Positions 62,756 through 64,000 of a DNA stretch of 64,000 bases are shown here, in pieces. Source of the DNA: Thermoplasmata archaeon (GTDB lineage: Archaea; Thermoplasmatota; Thermoplasmata; Lutacidiplasmatales; SKW197); assembly GCA_038874435.1 (NCBI GenBank), contig JAVZCK010000001.1:154255-218254 (forward strand). Direction: 5' to 3'. Both the position numbers and the translations under genes were made by a program. The notes under the pieces are model-generated. The model was given only the letters and a program-made list of their open reading frames with translations. It was not told the DNA's origin and searched no databases. Each line of letters opens with the position of its first letter. Position 1 is the stretch's first letter.

Positions 62756-63736
62756 TTAATCAAACTCCTTTGTAAATCTTCGTTCTTCCACAACTCTTGA
62801 AATAATCTTATCTGAACCACACTGTGGACATGTGTCCAGAAGTTCTGCAGAAATGAAGGTACCACATTTTCCGCCTATGCACATAACTTCGTAAAGAATT
62901 TCCACATTTTCATCCGAGAAATTCTGGTATATATTTACGCACTGTGTACCAGTAATAAAGGTCGTAGCATCTCTGAACATCAATGTGTTCAGCTTTGTGT
63001 TTTCTTCTAATCGCTGGAGTATTTTTCCTGTTTTGTCAAAAAATAAGATTGAGTTGTTGAAGAAGCCAACAGCGATCCGATTCTCTGCGGTCTCGGAAGT
63101 GATAGCCGGCGAAGGTTCTTGCTGTACCCAGTACATGGTCCCATCATCTCTGAACATGAACACCCTCCCAGTTGCAGTGGTGTAAACATAAAATTGTTTA
63201 CCAATGCAAATACTCTTTATTATGTCGTTGCAGTTGAAATTCCAGAGTAGGTTTCCATTTGCATCAAACACGAGGGCTTCTCCTTTGTAAGTCCCAGTGT
63301 AAATTCGGCCCTCACTTACCTTCACGCATTCAACTGTGCCCTCAAATTTTTTATCCCAGAGTGGATTGCCTTCATTATCAAAGACCGCCATAGTGCCGCT
63401 GTTTGTAGTGTAAACCACAAAGTTTTTTCCAGCACTTATCCCAAATGGAAAGGAATCTACTTGCTTTTTCCATAGGACTTTCATGTCCTTGCTTACACAG
63501 TAGATATTCTTATCCCAAGAAGTGAGAAAAATTCTATCGTCAGAGGTTGCAATCCCTCTTATTTGTCCATTGGTCTTAAGAACATCAACTTCATTCCACT
63601 CTGAGTTAAATTTTTTCAATTCGCCGTTCTTAAGTCCGAGGAAATAGAACCCCCAGGCACTACCAAGAGAAATGACCTCATTCCCTGTTTTAACTCTCTT
63701 CACGAGCACGAACCTTGTCTTCTCAATACCCATCAT
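62756..63736 (-). CDS. PQQ/WD-like beta-propeller protein with C-terminal Zn ribbon
   Basis: Repeated FDxxGxxLW blades; CIGGKC and CPQC. Confidence 0.7.
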   Translation of the reverse strand: MMGIEKTRFVLVKRVKTGNEVISLGSAWGFYFLGLKNGELKKFNSEWNEVDVLKTNGQIRGIATSDDRIFLTSWDKNIYCVSKDMKVLWKKQVDSFPFGISAGKNFVVYTTNSGTMAVFDNEGNPLWDKKFEGTVECVKVSEGRIYTGTYKGEALVFDANGNLLWNFNCNDIIKSICIGKQFYVYTTATGRVFMFRDDGTMYWVQQEPSPAITSETAENRIAVGFFNNSILFFDKTGKILQRLEENTKLNTLMFRDATTFITGTQCVNIYQNFSDENVEILYEVMCIGGKCGTFISAELLDTCPQCGSDKIISRVVEERRFTKEFD

Positions 63737-64000
63737 TCTTCCTCACCCCTCATAAATTTCTTTATTCTGTTAACCGTCTTTTCTCTTGTTTCCGACTTGC
63801 TACCAATTTGAAGATGGACTGAGATTGCATCTGTACCACCAATCACAAATTTTTTCTCAGCGTAAAGCATCTGTTTATCAATCTTCAGATGGATAGTCCC
63901 TTCCTCAATGTAAATCTCTGGATTTTTAAGCACTTCTTCAAAAACTCCATCTCGTTTAAGCATCTCTTCGATGCCTATAAAATCGTTTACACTTCTTGTT
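63733..64000 (-). CDS. Hypothetical, possibly COG1325-like RNA-binding protein (5'-truncated by window edge)
   Basis: Frame is open to the window end; HLKIDKQMLY..DAISV resembles the RxDKQ motif of that family. Confidence 0.45.
   Translation of the reverse strand, partial: TRSVNDFIGIEEMLKRDGVFEEVLKNPEIYIEEGTIHLKIDKQMLYAEKKFVIGGTDAISVHLQIGSKSETREKTVNRIKKFMRGEEE

Overview
Gene-dense archaeal chromosome segment. The evidence is archaeal ribosomal proteins S15/S19e/L31e/L39e, aIF6, RadA, archaeal-type ThrRS, a BHB tRNA intron and GGTGA/GGAGG ribosome-binding sites. Gene content suggests a Thermoplasmata-like anaerobic peptide degrader (inference). Core content: thrS, valS, purQ, radA, trm5, galT, nadX, gcvT, a lipoate ligase, a four-gene group 3b NiFe hydrogenase, an acyl-CoA dehydrogenase/ETF operon, a type IV pilus-like locus with two ATPases, and tRNA-His and tRNA-Leu. 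The best candidate for an undescribed system is at 16.3-34.8 kb. There, a ~3760-aa protein fuses a degenerate KaiC-like ATPase domain and a DUF835-like domain, through one transmembrane helix, to a huge extracellular region with six beta-helix modules. It is followed by a related surface protein and three KaiC/RAD55-like genes. Three surface proteins in the window share a cytoplasmic TNG motif, an IDGxFxDW domain and a P-[VI]-[SN]-E C-terminal anchor. A second degenerate-KaiC fusion, to a ChlD-like vWA domain, lies at 58.3-61.0 kb. No CRISPR array, transposase, integrase or reverse transcriptase was recognised. All family assignments come from reading motifs by eye, not from database searches.
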